Source: an uncultured Gemmatimonadales bacterium (lineage in GTDB: Bacteria > Gemmatimonadota > Gemmatimonadetes > Gemmatimonadales > GWC2-71-9). From it: a stretch of DNA of 64,000 nt. Under the pieces are notes generated by a model that was not told where the DNA came from, ran no database searches, and worked only from the letters and a program-made list of their open reading frames with translations. How positions within the stretch are numbered: the stretch's first letter is position 1; every line of letters starts with the position of its first letter. Shown piece after piece: positions 20,483-31,494 of this stretch. The position numbers were made by a program, and so were the translations under genes. The DNA is taken from the NCBI GenBank assembly GCA_963844035.1, contig CAWJMT010000001.1, positions 41,344-105,343 on the forward strand. The letters are read 5' to 3'.

Positions 20483-22058
20483 ATGCGCGCAACCCTCATG
20501 GTCGCACTGGCGACGCTCGCTGGAGCCGGGAGTCTTCGGGCACAGCACGGCTCTGCTTACGAGTTCGGGTTCTTCGGCTCTTATACGCACTACGATCCTG
20601 CCTTCGGCTTGCCGGAACGATTTGGGGGTGGCATTCGATTCGGATATCTGTTCGGCGACGTCGTGCAAGTTGAAGCTGACGTCGTGTTCCCATCCGAGTA
20701 TACGGTGGGGAGCAGCAAGGTTGACCCGCTCATCGGCGGCGCCAGCCTCATCGTGAATGTGCTCCACAGCCAGCGCAATATCCTCTACGTGTCGGCAGGT
20801 TACTCGCGGCTCGAGTTCGGCAACACCAATCCATATGAGTTCTCCGACAACGGAGCGCATGCCGCCGTGGGCGACCGCATTTTCTTCAGTCGCAACATGG
20901 CGCTGCGCCTGGAGGCACGCGGGATCTACACGCCGAACACGCAATCGAACTTCGGCAAGGAGTCGGTGACGCACTTCGTGGGCACGGTCGGCCTTTCGAT
21001 CTTCGCGCCCAGCCGTAAGGCTGCTAAGGCGCCGCCGCCTGCGCCCGCACCCGCACCCGCTGCCGCACCGCTGCCGACGCCACCGCTGCTCATGATGGAC
21101 TCCGATCAGGACGGCGTCCTGGAGAAGGACGACAGTCTGTCCCAACACGCCGCTCGGGGCCAAGGTGGACACGCGGGGCTGCTCGCTCGACGCCGATCGC
21201 GACGGGGTCCCCGACGGGATCGACCGCTGTCCCGACACGCCCAGCGGCGCGATCGTCGATGTCACCGGGTGCGCGGGCGATGCGGACCACGACGGCGTGG
21301 TGGAAGGCATCGACCGGTGCCCCAACACACCGGCGGGCGCCACGGTCGACGCCACGGGGTGTTCGGGCGATGCGGACCACGATGGCGTCTCGGATGGACT
21401 CGACAAATGCCCCGACACGCCGCCGGGGGCGCTGGTCGATGCAACGGGTTGCTCGACGGATTCGGACGCGGACGGCGTGGGCGACGGCACCGATAAGTGC
21501 CCCAACACGCCCAAGGGCACGCCGGTGGACGGCGTGGGATGCCCCCACGGGCCTGACTCCGACGGGGACGGCGTGTCCGACACCGCCGACAAGTGCCCGG
21601 GAACGCCGAAGGGCGTGCCGGTCGATGAGACCGGGTGCATGATCTTGTTCGAGCGGGCAGCGCCCGCTGTGGTCGTGCCGGGGGCGGCGGCGGTGGTCGC
21701 CGCTCGTCCCGCGCCGCGTGCGACCCTTGTCCTGAAGGGAGTGAATTTCCAGAGCGGCAAGTCGATCCTTACGCCGAGCTCGTACACGGTGCTCGATCAG
21801 GTTGCGGCGTCTTTGCGCGCGAATCCTGACATTCGAATCGAGATCGCCGGGTATACCGACAACACCGGCTCGGCCGCGATCAATGTGCGGTTGTCGCAGG
21901 AGCGTGCCGCCGCGGTACGCAGCTATCTCGCGCGCAAGGGTGTGCCCCCGACCCGCACCATCGCGCGCGGGTACGGCCCGAGGAACCCGATCGCCGCAAA
22001 CTCCACTTCGGCGGGTCGCGCGCAGAACCGGCGCGTCGAGCTCCACAAACTCCCGTAG
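20483..22058 (+). CDS. OmpA family outer-membrane protein with TSP3-type repeats (frameshift near 21135)
   Basis: Signal peptide, beta-barrel-like N-terminus, Pro/Ala linker, repeats, OmpA-C 'IEIAGYTDNTG..N..LSQERA..GRAQNRRVE'. Confidence 0.9.
21098..21638 (+). repeat. Six ~90-bp coding repeats (DxDxDGVxDxxDxCPxTPxGxxVDxxGC)
   Basis: Tandem Ca-binding TSP3-like units in the OmpA gene. Confidence 0.85.
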
Positions 22059-22059
22059 C

Positions 22060-24449
22060 ATGCCTGCGTGGCGCCCTTGGCCCCGCTGCCTGCTCCTCCT
22101 GATCGCGGGGGGACTGTGCGGCGCACCCCTCGCCGCGCAGCGTCCCCCAAAGAAGGCGGCGCCCCCGAAACGGCGCCCCCGCGACGGCGACGCCTCCCGC
22201 TCCCCCTCCGATTCCCACGCCACGCTCAGTGCTCGGCTTCGAGCCGGGTGACGATCGCAAGCTCGCCGACTGGTCGCTCCTGGTGCGCTACTACCAGGCA
22301 CTCGCGAAGGCGAGCGACCGGGTTGACTACCGCGAGCTGGGCAAGACCACTCTGGGGGCACCGTTCGTCGCGCTGGTGATCTCGAGCCCTCGAAACCTGC
22401 GGCAACTCGACACCTACCGGCGCCTGAACGCCGGGCTCGCCGACCCGCGGACCCTGCGCACCAGTGCGGACGGGACGCGTGCGTTGCGCGAGGGCAAGGC
22501 GGTCGTACTCATCACCTCCGGGATCCATTCCGACGAGGTGGGCGGCCACCTCACTCCGGCAGTGCTCGCCTACCGCCTCGCGACCGACACGAGCGCGGGG
22601 ACACGCAGGATCCTCGACGATGTGATTCTCTTCTTGCTCCCGTCGCTCAATCCCGACGGCGTGACGATCGTGTCGCGCTGGTATGAACGCACACTGGGCA
22701 CGCCGGGCGAGGGGACCCGGCCGCCGGAGCTGTATCACCCCTACACGGGTCACGACAACAATCGCGACTGGTACGCGTTCACCCAGGTCGAAACACAGTT
22801 GACGGTGGACTCGATCTACAACGTGTGGCATCCCCAGCTCGTGCTCGACCTGCACCAGCAGCTGAGTGACGGCTCACGGCTCTTCTTGCCGCCCTACCTG
22901 GATCCGATCGAGCCGAACGTCGATCCGCTGCTCGTGGACGGCGCCAACGCACTCGGCACCGCAATCGCGTGGGAGCTCACCGGCCAGGGCAAAACCGGCA
23001 TCGCGGTCAACGCCACCTTCGACGCGTGGACGCCCTCACGCGCCTTCGAACACTACCACGGCGGCGTCCGCATCCTCGCCGAGGCAGCGGGGGCGAATCT
23101 GGCGACGCCGGTCGAGGTCCCCTTCGATGAGCTCGCCGCCCGCGCGCGCGGCTTCAACCCGCGGGAGCGCTCCTGGAACTTCGCCGCGCCATGGCCCGGC
23201 GGCCGTTGGTCGCTGCGGGACATCGTCTCGTACCAGACCGACGCCGCGTATGCGCTGCTCGACAACGCCTCGCGCTACCGCGATCGCTGGCTCGCCAATT
23301 TTCTCGCGATAGGGTCGCGTGCCACGCGCGGGTGGAAGGGGTGGCCATATGCGTACGTGATCCCGCGACAGCGCCAGGACAGCATCGCGCTGGCGACAAT
23401 GCTCGGCATCCTGCACCGCGGACAGGTCGATATCCGCACGACGCTGCAGCCGTTCACGCTCGGCAGCCAGCGGTACGGTACCGGGACCTACGTGGTGGTC
23501 CTGCGACAGCCATACGCCGCGTTCGCGAAGGCGTTGCTCGAGCCTCAGCGCTACCCCGACCGCCGCGTCTATCCCGGTGGCCCACCGCAGCCGCCGTACG
23601 ACGTCACGGCGCACACCCTGCCGATGCTCATGGGGGTCACCGTAGCGGTGGCCCAGGACTCGTTGCGCAGCGCCGTTGTCGGGGCCGGTGGATCCGCCGC
23701 ACGCGACTCCCGGATATCCCGGGTTCGGCGGGGCCGATGCGCCCCGAGTGGCCTTGTACCGCTCGTACGTGGAATCAATGGACGAGGGCTGGACCCGTTG
23801 GGTGTTCGACACCTGGAAGATTCCTTACACGTCACTCGTGGACTCCGTCGTGCGAGCAGGCAAGCTGAAGGAAAAATTCGACGCGATCGTCCTTCCCGAC
23901 CAGGCCGCGCGCGATCTGCTCGACGGCCTCCCGACCCACGTGTACCCCGCGCCGTACGCCGGGGGGATCGGAAAGGACGGGGTTCGCGAGCTGCGCGAGT
24001 TCGTGGAGCAGGGCGGGACGCTCGTCGCGCTCAACAACGCCACCCGGTTCGCCGTCGAGCAGCTGCTCCTCCCGGTCCGCAACGTGCTCGAGGGCGTACC
24101 GGACGACGAGTTCTATGCCCCGGGCGGAATCTTCCGGCTCGAGCTCGACACCAGCCATCCAGTGGCGCGCGGAATGCCTGAGCAGAGCGTGGCGTGGTTT
24201 GAAGACGGCCCGGCGTTCGACGTGCTGGACTCCACCGTGGTCAGGGTGATCGGCCGCTATCCGACGGACCCCGACAAGGTGCTCCGCTCAGGGTGGGTAC
24301 TGAAACCCGCACGAGTGGCGGGACGGGCCGCCCTGCTCGAGGTGCACCTGGGCCAGGGGCGAGTGATCCTGTTCGGCTTCAGACCGCAGTATCGGGGTCA
24401 GAGCCTGGCCACATATCCGTTGTTGTTCAACAGCTTACAGCCGCATTGA
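22060..24449 (+). CDS. M14 family zinc carboxypeptidase with C-terminal GATase-like domain (frameshifts near 22200 and 23670)
   Basis: Signal peptide, 'GIHSDE', 'NPDG', 'HDNNRD', 'DLHQ', 'SMDEGWTRWVFD', 'FGFRPQYR'. Confidence 0.85.
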
Positions 24450-24519
24450 AGGCTCACCGAAGGTTGGTGACGGGGGTCTCTTGCCCCTTTTCCGTCCGTC
24501 TCCTATCGTAGCCCCCCCT

Positions 24520-25791
24520 ATGCAGATGCTCCGGCAGGCGGGCGTCCTCTTGCTCTGGGCCGCGCTCTTCGTGAGTCGCGGCCTTTTTGCTCAGCGTGCC
24601 GACAGCGCGTTGCCCGTGGCCGCGCGCGCGGACGAAGCGCGCGTGATGTTGCGACCCATGGAGTGGCGCTACGTCCAGCCGACGCTTCCGCTCCTCTTGC
24701 CGACGACGTCAGAGGTGAAGGCCCTGTACGTGAATGCGTGGGCGTTCAGCTCCCCCAAGCTGTGGCAGCTCGTTCGCCTCGCGGATCAGACCGAGGTCAA
24801 CGCGTTCGTCATCGACGTCAAGGACGACACCGGGTGCCTGCTGTACGCGTCGGATGTACCGGTCGCGACGGAGATCGGAGCAAGCCGCTGCGCCCACACA
24901 CGGGACGCGCGGGCGCGGATCGACACCCTGCTCGCGCACGGCATCTACCCGATCGCCAGAATCGTCGTCGCGAAGGATCCACTGCTCGCGGAACGCAAGC
25001 CTGCGTGGTCCGTCCACCTCGCCGACGGCACGCTGTGGCGGGACCGGATCGGGAGCGCGTGGGTGGATGCGTACAACGCTGGCGTCTGGACCTACGCTGC
25101 TGACCTGGCGCGGGAAGCGCTCGGGATGGGGTTCGTGGAAGTGCAGTTTGACTACGTCCGGTTCCCCGACGAGCCGCGCGAACGCCTCGCAACCGCGATT
25201 TTCCCGGCGCGCCGTCGCGGTGATACGCCGCGGTCAGCGGTGCGGAGCCACATTCAGCTCGTCAAATCATTGGTCGGACCGCTCGGCGCACCGATCACGT
25301 TCGACATCTTCGGGCTCACGGCGTCAGCGACCGACGACATGGGGATCGGCCAGGTGTGGGAGGACTTCATCTCCGTGGCCGACGTCGTCCTACCCATGAT
25401 CTACCCGAGTCACTACCAGCGGGGCGCGTATGGGTACGCCTGGCCGAACGGTCAGCCGTACAAGATCGTTCGGAAGGCACTCGAGGAAGCGATTGGGCGC
25501 ACGCGCGGACCGCAGGCCGCCGAGATCCGGCCCTATCTCCAGGCGTTCACGCTCGGCCGGCGCCTGCCGCGTTATACGCCGTTCGAGATTCGTGAGCAGA
25601 TTCGCGCAACCGAAGAGCTTGGCATCATGTCGTGGGTGCTGTGGAACCCGCGCAGTGTGTACCAACGGCAATCGCTGCGGCCGTACGAGACCGGCAGCCG
25701 AGGGGTCGGCGGAGATGGCAACCGGGACGGAGTGAGCGGCGCGGCGGTCAGGCGGGAACGGCGTCGATCCTGCCGCTGTCCCACACGGTGA
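24520..25791 (+). CDS. Putative glycoside hydrolase (DUF4015-like); 3' end uncertain
   Basis: 'NAFVIDVKDD', 'YPIARIVVAKD', 'EVQFDYVRFPD', 'PMIYPSHY', 'RPYLQAF', 'WNP'. Confidence 0.8.
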   Translation: MQMLRQAGVLLLWAALFVSRGLFAQRADSALPVAARADEARVMLRPMEWRYVQPTLPLLLPTTSEVKALYVNAWAFSSPKLWQLVRLADQTEVNAFVIDVKDDTGCLLYASDVPVATEIGASRCAHTRDARARIDTLLAHGIYPIARIVVAKDPLLAERKPAWSVHLADGTLWRDRIGSAWVDAYNAGVWTYAADLAREALGMGFVEVQFDYVRFPDEPRERLATAIFPARRRGDTPRSAVRSHIQLVKSLVGPLGAPITFDIFGLTASATDDMGIGQVWEDFISVADVVLPMIYPSHYQRGAYGYAWPNGQPYKIVRKALEEAIGRTRGPQAAEIRPYLQAFTLGRRLPRYTPFEIREQIRATEELGIMSWVLWNPRSVYQRQSLRPYETGSRGVGGDGNRDGVSGAAVRRERRRSCRCPTR

Positions 25792-27772
25792 CGTAGCCGG
25801 CGATCGCAGATGCAGCGACGGTGTAGGGATTGCCGAGATAGAGTTGACCGGGTCCAGAGCGTCCGGGGAAGTTGCGATTGATCGCGCTGATCGTCACTTC
25901 CTCCCGAGTCGTAGAGACGCCGGGACCCGCGTTGATGCAGGCACCGCAGGATGGCTCGAGAAACGTCGCGCCCACCTCCCGAAACAGATCCAGGTATCCC
26001 CGCTCCTCGCAGTAGCGCTTCACGTCTTGAGACCCGCACTGGATGTAGAACCGCACCCAGGGCGCCACACGCGCGCCCCGCGCCGCCGCCTCGCGCAGCA
26101 CCTCGGCGTACATGTCCATGTCCTCTCGTTTGCCGGCGGTGCACGAGCCGGCGTACGCGATGTCCACACGGATCGGCCCGGCGGCGTCCTCGACCGCGAT
26201 CCCGTTTCCGGGATCTCCCGGGAGAGCGAGCATCGGGCGAACGCTCGCGGCGTCGATTTCGATGACCGTGCTGTACTGCGCGTCGGGGTCACTCGTCCAG
26301 CCTGCGCAGGATGCTTCAGCTAACTCACGGGGCATACCTCGGGCGGCGACCAGATACTCCACCGTCCGCTGGTCGGGTGCGACGTACCCGCTGAACCCCC
26401 CAACTTCAGCGGTCATGTTGGTCATCGTGGCTCGCTCATCGACGGACAGCATTGCGACAGCATCGCCACAGTATTCGATCAGCTTGCCGATGGCGCGGCC
26501 ACTTTTCACGTACGGATGGCGCAGGATCTCGAGCATGAAGTCCTTGGCCGTGACGTTGGCGGGCTTGGATCCGCGAATCACCACCTTCACCGTTTCCGGA
26601 ACGGTGAGGCGCACGTCTTTTGTGATCCAGGAGTTGAAGATCGCGGTCGTCCCGACGCCGAACGCCACGCAGCCTAGCGCCCCGGCGTGGGGTGTATGCG
26701 AGTCGCTGCCGATGATCACCTGACCCGGCTGGGCATGCGCCTCGAGAATTTTGGAATGACAGATCGCCTCGGCGCCGTGCCGCCGGGAGCGCAGCTCGCC
26801 GTACAGCTTGATCCCCTGCCGCTCGGCAAAGGTCCGCTGCTTCTTTTCGAGCTCGAGCGCGATGTCCAGCAAGCCCTCCTTCACGCGCTCCGGCGTCATC
26901 GCCTCCGGGAGGAAGGTGAGGTGATCGCGGAACATGAGGATCGAGTCCGGGTCGGCCACACGCGCGTCCGGCCCCACGAGCTGCTCGAAGAAGATCGCCG
27001 CCATCGGCGTCACGTACTCGTGACTGAATCGGATGTCGGTCAGGACAAAGCCTTCGTCCCCGGGCCGCACTGCGGGGACACCGAACGCCCCTGCCGCCGG
27101 ATCCGCCACCCAGTGCCGCGCCAGAATCTTCTCCCCCAGGGTCATCGGTCGCGGCGGTGTGCCAGGGAGCGACACGGTGGTCAGACCCTGAAGTCGGGCC
27201 ACGTTGTAGTTGAACAGGCCGCCGTACTCGACGATGCCGCGCGTGATCTCGCCCTCGCCCCGCGTGAACACCGCCAGCGGAATTTCCTCGTGACGCCGTA
27301 CACGCTCGAGGATGGAGAAATCCGTCGTGGTGAGGATGCCGAGGTTCTGACAGTTTTCGCGATAGATGCGCTCGAGGTTTTCGGCGATGACGAGCCGGAT
27401 GCCGGCGCACTGCTCCGCGTAGGGGGATTGCTCGCGGGACGACCCCTTGCCGCGTCGCTTCCCGCTGACCGAAACAGCGAAACCGCCGCGACGCACGCTG
27501 CCGCGGCCGATCGGGAACTGATCGCGACACTTGAGGCCGATGTAGGGAAACTCGCCCAGCGTCTCGTCGTAGTAGTAGCAGACGTAGGCGGGCGTGATCT
27601 CGTCGGTGGAGATGTCGTCGCGCAGCTTGGCGGCGGCCGTCCACTCGAGGTCTTGGCCGTCGAGTTGGCGCCGCACCAGGTCGGGATCTTCGGTCAGGAA
27701 CAGGACTCGGCCGGCGAAGCGCACACGATCCGGCCGCTTGTGCACCGCTCGGGAGCGCAACACGTCGAGCAT
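25748..27772 (-). CDS. Aconitase-family hydratase, fused small (swivel, N-terminal) and large subunits
   Basis: N-terminal 'DDISTDEITP', 'GKGSSREQ', 'RIYREN'; C-terminal 'GSDSHT', 'GSCT', 'PSCGAC', 'NRNFPGRSG'. Confidence 0.85.
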   Translation of the reverse strand: MLDVLRSRAVHKRPDRVRFAGRVLFLTEDPDLVRRQLDGQDLEWTAAAKLRDDISTDEITPAYVCYYYDETLGEFPYIGLKCRDQFPIGRGSVRRGGFAVSVSGKRRGKGSSREQSPYAEQCAGIRLVIAENLERIYRENCQNLGILTTTDFSILERVRRHEEIPLAVFTRGEGEITRGIVEYGGLFNYNVARLQGLTTVSLPGTPPRPMTLGEKILARHWVADPAAGAFGVPAVRPGDEGFVLTDIRFSHEYVTPMAAIFFEQLVGPDARVADPDSILMFRDHLTFLPEAMTPERVKEGLLDIALELEKKQRTFAERQGIKLYGELRSRRHGAEAICHSKILEAHAQPGQVIIGSDSHTPHAGALGCVAFGVGTTAIFNSWITKDVRLTVPETVKVVIRGSKPANVTAKDFMLEILRHPYVKSGRAIGKLIEYCGDAVAMLSVDERATMTNMTAEVGGFSGYVAPDQRTVEYLVAARGMPRELAEASCAGWTSDPDAQYSTVIEIDAASVRPMLALPGDPGNGIAVEDAAGPIRVDIAYAGSCTAGKREDMDMYAEVLREAAARGARVAPWVRFYIQCGSQDVKRYCEERGYLDLFREVGATFLEPSCGACINAGPGVSTTREEVTISAINRNFPGRSGPGQLYLGNPYTVAASAIAGYVTVWDSGRIDAVPA

Positions 27773-27863
27773 GGGCGAAAGATGACCCCTTGCTGAAGCG
27801 CGAGCAAGCCGATTTTCTTGTGGGGCAATGACGAGACTGCGCGCAACGAATGAACGACGCTGG

Positions 27864-29498
27864 ATGCCGATCGCGTCCTGGCTGCTCGCGGCGACGCTCG
27901 TGGTCGCGTGCGCGCCACACCCGCCGTCACCCGCTCCGACCGCGCCGGCCCCCGCGGCGATGCTGCCCGCAGTGAACACGGGCGCGATGGACGCGCACCT
28001 CAAGTATCTCGCCGACGACTTGCTCGAAGGACGCGCGCCGGCCACCCGCGGCGGCGAGCTCGCGGCCCGCTACATCGCGGCGCAGTTCGAGGCCAGCGGG
28101 TTGCGTCCGGCCGGACCGGACGGCTCGTACTACCAGCCCGTCACGTTGATCGGGATGATGGCGCAACCGACGTTCGCCTGGGGCGTGGGTAAGGCGAGCG
28201 AGACGCTGCGATACCGCGACGACTTCGTCGCGTGGGCGGGGCGTGCCGATCCGCACGTCGCCGCGGACGGCGACGTCGTGTTCGTCGGGTACGGCGTGCG
28301 CGCCCCCGAGTGGAACTGGGATGACTACAAGGGCACCGACGTCCGCGGGAAGGTGCTGCTCATGCTCGTGAACGACCCGGGACTGGAGGACACGAGTGTG
28401 TTCCACGGCCGGGGGCTCACGTACTACGGCCGCTGGACCTACAAGCTGGAAGAGGCCGCGCGACGTGGCGCTGTGGGCGTGGTGCTCATCCACACGACCC
28501 GCAGCGCGACCTACCCGTGGGAGGTCGTGCGGGGCTCGTGGTCGGTTGAGCAGTTTACGCTGGACGGTCCCACCACTCCGCAGCTCGCATTCGCGTCGTG
28601 GGTCACGAGCGCCGCGGCTGCACGCGCCCTGGGTACGGCAGGGTGGAACCTCGATTCGCTTACACGCGCCGCAGCACGCCGCGATTTCACGCCGCTCGCT
28701 ACGCGTCTGCACATCGCGGTGACGGTCACGAGTGCGGTGCGGCGCGTTCATTCCGCCAACGTGGTCGCGAAGGTCGAGGGCAGCGACTCGGGCGTGGCCG
28801 GCGACGTCGTCCTGGTCACCGCCCACTACGACCACAAGGGCATCGGACCCGCGAGCGAGGGAGATTCGATCTACAACGGCGCCGAAGACAACGCCTCGGG
28901 CGTCGCAGCGATGCTGGCCGCGGCACAGGCGATCGCGCACCTGAGCCCCCCTCCCAAGCGCAGCGTGTTGTTCATCGCCACCACGGCTGAGGAGTCGGGC
29001 CTGTTGGGGAGCGAATCGTACGTGCGCGCTCCGATCGTGCCGCTCGCCCGAACAGCCGCCGTGGTGAACATCGACGGCGCAAACGTGCGCGGATTGACGC
29101 GCGATATCGCCGCGCTGGGCGCGGACCGCTCTGATTTGGGCAGCGTGTTCGCCGCTGCCGCCGCGGCGGAGGCGCTCAAGGCCACCGGCGACCCCGATCC
29201 ATCCAAAGGCTCATTTTTTCGCTCCGACCACTTTCCTTTTGCTCGCGCCGGCGTGCCCTCCATCTCGATCGAGTCGGGAGTCGATTTCGTGGGACGCCCG
29301 GCGGGTTGGGGAGAGCAGCAGGCGCGCCGCTTCAACGAAGAGCGCTATCACCGGCCAAGTGATCAATACGATCCGACGTTCACGTACGAGGGGATGGCAC
29401 AGCAGGTCCGTGTGCTGATGCGAATCGCGCTCGCGGTAGCGAACGCCGCGGACACTCCACGCTGGCTGCCCACGGCCGAGTTTCAACGGTCTCGCTAG
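27864..29498 (+). CDS. M28 family peptidase with PA domain, lipoprotein
   Basis: 'LVVAC', 'TAHYDH', 'NGAEDNASG', 'AEESGLLGS', 'FFRSDH', 'YHRPSD'. Confidence 0.9.
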   Translation: MPIASWLLAATLVVACAPHPPSPAPTAPAPAAMLPAVNTGAMDAHLKYLADDLLEGRAPATRGGELAARYIAAQFEASGLRPAGPDGSYYQPVTLIGMMAQPTFAWGVGKASETLRYRDDFVAWAGRADPHVAADGDVVFVGYGVRAPEWNWDDYKGTDVRGKVLLMLVNDPGLEDTSVFHGRGLTYYGRWTYKLEEAARRGAVGVVLIHTTRSATYPWEVVRGSWSVEQFTLDGPTTPQLAFASWVTSAAAARALGTAGWNLDSLTRAAARRDFTPLATRLHIAVTVTSAVRRVHSANVVAKVEGSDSGVAGDVVLVTAHYDHKGIGPASEGDSIYNGAEDNASGVAAMLAAAQAIAHLSPPPKRSVLFIATTAEESGLLGSESYVRAPIVPLARTAAVVNIDGANVRGLTRDIAALGADRSDLGSVFAAAAAAEALKATGDPDPSKGSFFRSDHFPFARAGVPSISIESGVDFVGRPAGWGEQQARRFNEERYHRPSDQYDPTFTYEGMAQQVRVLMRIALAVANAADTPRWLPTAEFQRSR

Positions 29499-29650
29499 GC
29501 CATCGGCCACCTGCTGTGCAAATATCTGCAGTCAGCGCCCACGTCCTAACTCGCTGTCGGGAAATGTGATAGGCGCCTCCGTCTTTGTAGCGATTGCCTC
29601 GCCGGGCTGTCAAAGGTAACTTAGCGCCCGTTTTCCCCTGCCAGTTTGCA

Positions 29651-30786
29651 GTGCCCCCGATAGCGGAGCTTGGCACCTGGAACTCCCGACATCGCACCGG
29701 CTGCCTTGGGCCTGGTTGCAAGAGGCCGCAAGCCCGCCGATCCAGTACCGAGCGTATGCGGAAGTTGTCCCGGAGGGCCAGAGGGACCCCGCCCAGCTCG
29801 AGGCGCTCCGTGCCGCCGTGATCAGCTACAAGCCCAGCCTTGCTGTGGCGCGACGGCAAAAGGACACGGGGCTGTGGGGGGGCAACCTGCTTGCCCCCGG
29901 TCCGATCAAGGCGCTGGGGATCGCCGAGGCAGGAACGGTTTTTCAATACCTCAGGCTGATCGAGCACGGGTTGCCCGCCGATCAGCGTCCGTTCCGTCTT
30001 GCCGACCGCCTGCTGTTTCGGCTGCTGTCGCGCGACGAGGATCCGAGCTTGCTGGTGGAATATCATCGGGCCGCCAAGGGCGATCCCGGACTCGCGTTGT
30101 GGGCCCGTTCCATGAGTCGTCAGGCGGCGACCGCGGCGTTGGCTCGTGCCGGAAGCCACGCCGAGGATCCCAGGCTGCGTGGAGCGGGACATAAGATCGC
30201 GAGCGACATCTCCCAGTACTTACGCAGCGAAATCGCCACCAAGCCGTTCAAGAAGGCCCAGGGGAAGACGGTGCTCGAGCCCGCCGCGTATCCGCCAACC
30301 ATTTTTGCGGTGGAGATGCTTGCCTTTCTGCCGGCCGTGCAACGGGAGCGCTCAGGCTTCATCGAGCGCCTGGGGCAATACTTTGCGACGCCGGCGCCCC
30401 GTCGGGCGTTCTTCATTCAAGCAGGCACCAAGCTGCTCAAGCCGATGTTCGAGCTGCTCGGCGACCCGCTGCGCGCCGACGCGCAGGGCCGGGTGACCGA
30501 CGTGCCGTTCGCGCTGTATTGGCTCGAGTTGCTGGCCCGCCTCGGGCTCGTCCGGCAGCTGCCGAGCGCGAACCGGACTCTCGCCCGCCTGTTCCATGAG
30601 TGTGACGACCAAGGGGTGTGGTCTCCCCGAAACCTTCGGACGATGCCCAAATCGTCGAATCCGCTGACGACGCACTTTTTCCCGCTCGAGGGCCCCGGAA
30701 AGAGCCCAGCGCAACGGCAGACGGACGCTACGTTCCGGCTCGGGCTGATCGCCCGGATCATGGGCATCCCGATCGAGGTGGTTTAG
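29651..30786 (+). CDS. Hypothetical protein, possibly prenyltransferase/cyclase-like alpha-toroid (5' frameshift)
   Basis: ORF 29716..30786; 'WLQEAASPPIQYR', QW-like 'RQKDTGLWG' and 'CDDQGVW'. Confidence 0.55.
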
Positions 30787-30804
30787 CTAGCATCGGCATT
30801 CCAA

Positions 30805-30828
30805 GAGTAGTAGTATTAGCTACTACTC
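30805..30828. promoter_or_regulatory. Palindromic operator abutting the TrmB-family start codon
   Basis: GAGTAGTAG-N6-CTACTACTC perfect 9-bp inverted repeat; overlaps TAGTAT (-10-like); ATG at 30829. Confidence 0.7.
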
Positions 30829-31494
30829 ATGATCACACCTGATCTCACCCCGTTCGGCTTCACGCAAACCGAGTCGCGGCTGTACGCAACCCTGCTTCAT
30901 CTTGGGCCTGCCACCGGCTATGCGGTGGCCCGCACGGCGCAGCTCGCTCGTGCAAACGCGTACGGCGCTCTCGAGGGACTGGTTGCCCGCGGCGGAGCGA
31001 CCAAGACCCCCGGCCGTCCGGCCCGCTATCGCCCCGCCGACCCGGCGTCCCTCCTGGCCCGGCTTGCAGCGGAGCAGGGCGAGGCCATTGAGCGCTTGAG
31101 CCGCGCGCTCCAGGACGTGCGGCGTCCGAGCGAGCCGGAAACCCGGTCCGTGGATGGTGGGAGGCCGCTCGCCAACGTGGTGCTGCAGGCGGTCGCCCGG
31201 GCGGAGCGTCGCGTAGAGGGCGTGGTCGCAGCGGCGCTGTTTCGCGCCACCTTGCCGGCTTGGCGTCGCGCCGTAGAGCGGACGACACTGGAGCTTAGGA
31301 TCGCCGGTGCCGTGCCACCTGAGGCCGCAACCTTTCCAGTCGCGACGGCTCCGGAGGGCTTCCCAACCCTGCTCCTGATCGACGACCAGCAGACGATCGC
31401 CGCAACCGGCGACGACGCCGAGCACCTCGGCATATGGAGCTCGCATCCCGCCGTCGCAGCCATCGCCCGCGCCGCACTCAGCAGCCTTTCATGA
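30829..31494 (+). CDS. TrmB family transcriptional regulator
   Basis: 'FGFTQTESRLYATLL..GPATGYAVAR..LARANAYGALEGL..PARYRPADP'. Confidence 0.85.
   Translation: MITPDLTPFGFTQTESRLYATLLHLGPATGYAVARTAQLARANAYGALEGLVARGGATKTPGRPARYRPADPASLLARLAAEQGEAIERLSRALQDVRRPSEPETRSVDGGRPLANVVLQAVARAERRVEGVVAAALFRATLPAWRRAVERTTLELRIAGAVPPEAATFPVATAPEGFPTLLLIDDQQTIAATGDDAEHLGIWSSHPAVAAIARAALSSLS

Noticed and set aside
21098..21638. Regular ~90-bp repeats as a CRISPR array
   Set aside because: They are degenerate in-frame TSP3-type protein repeats with no unique spacers and no cas genes
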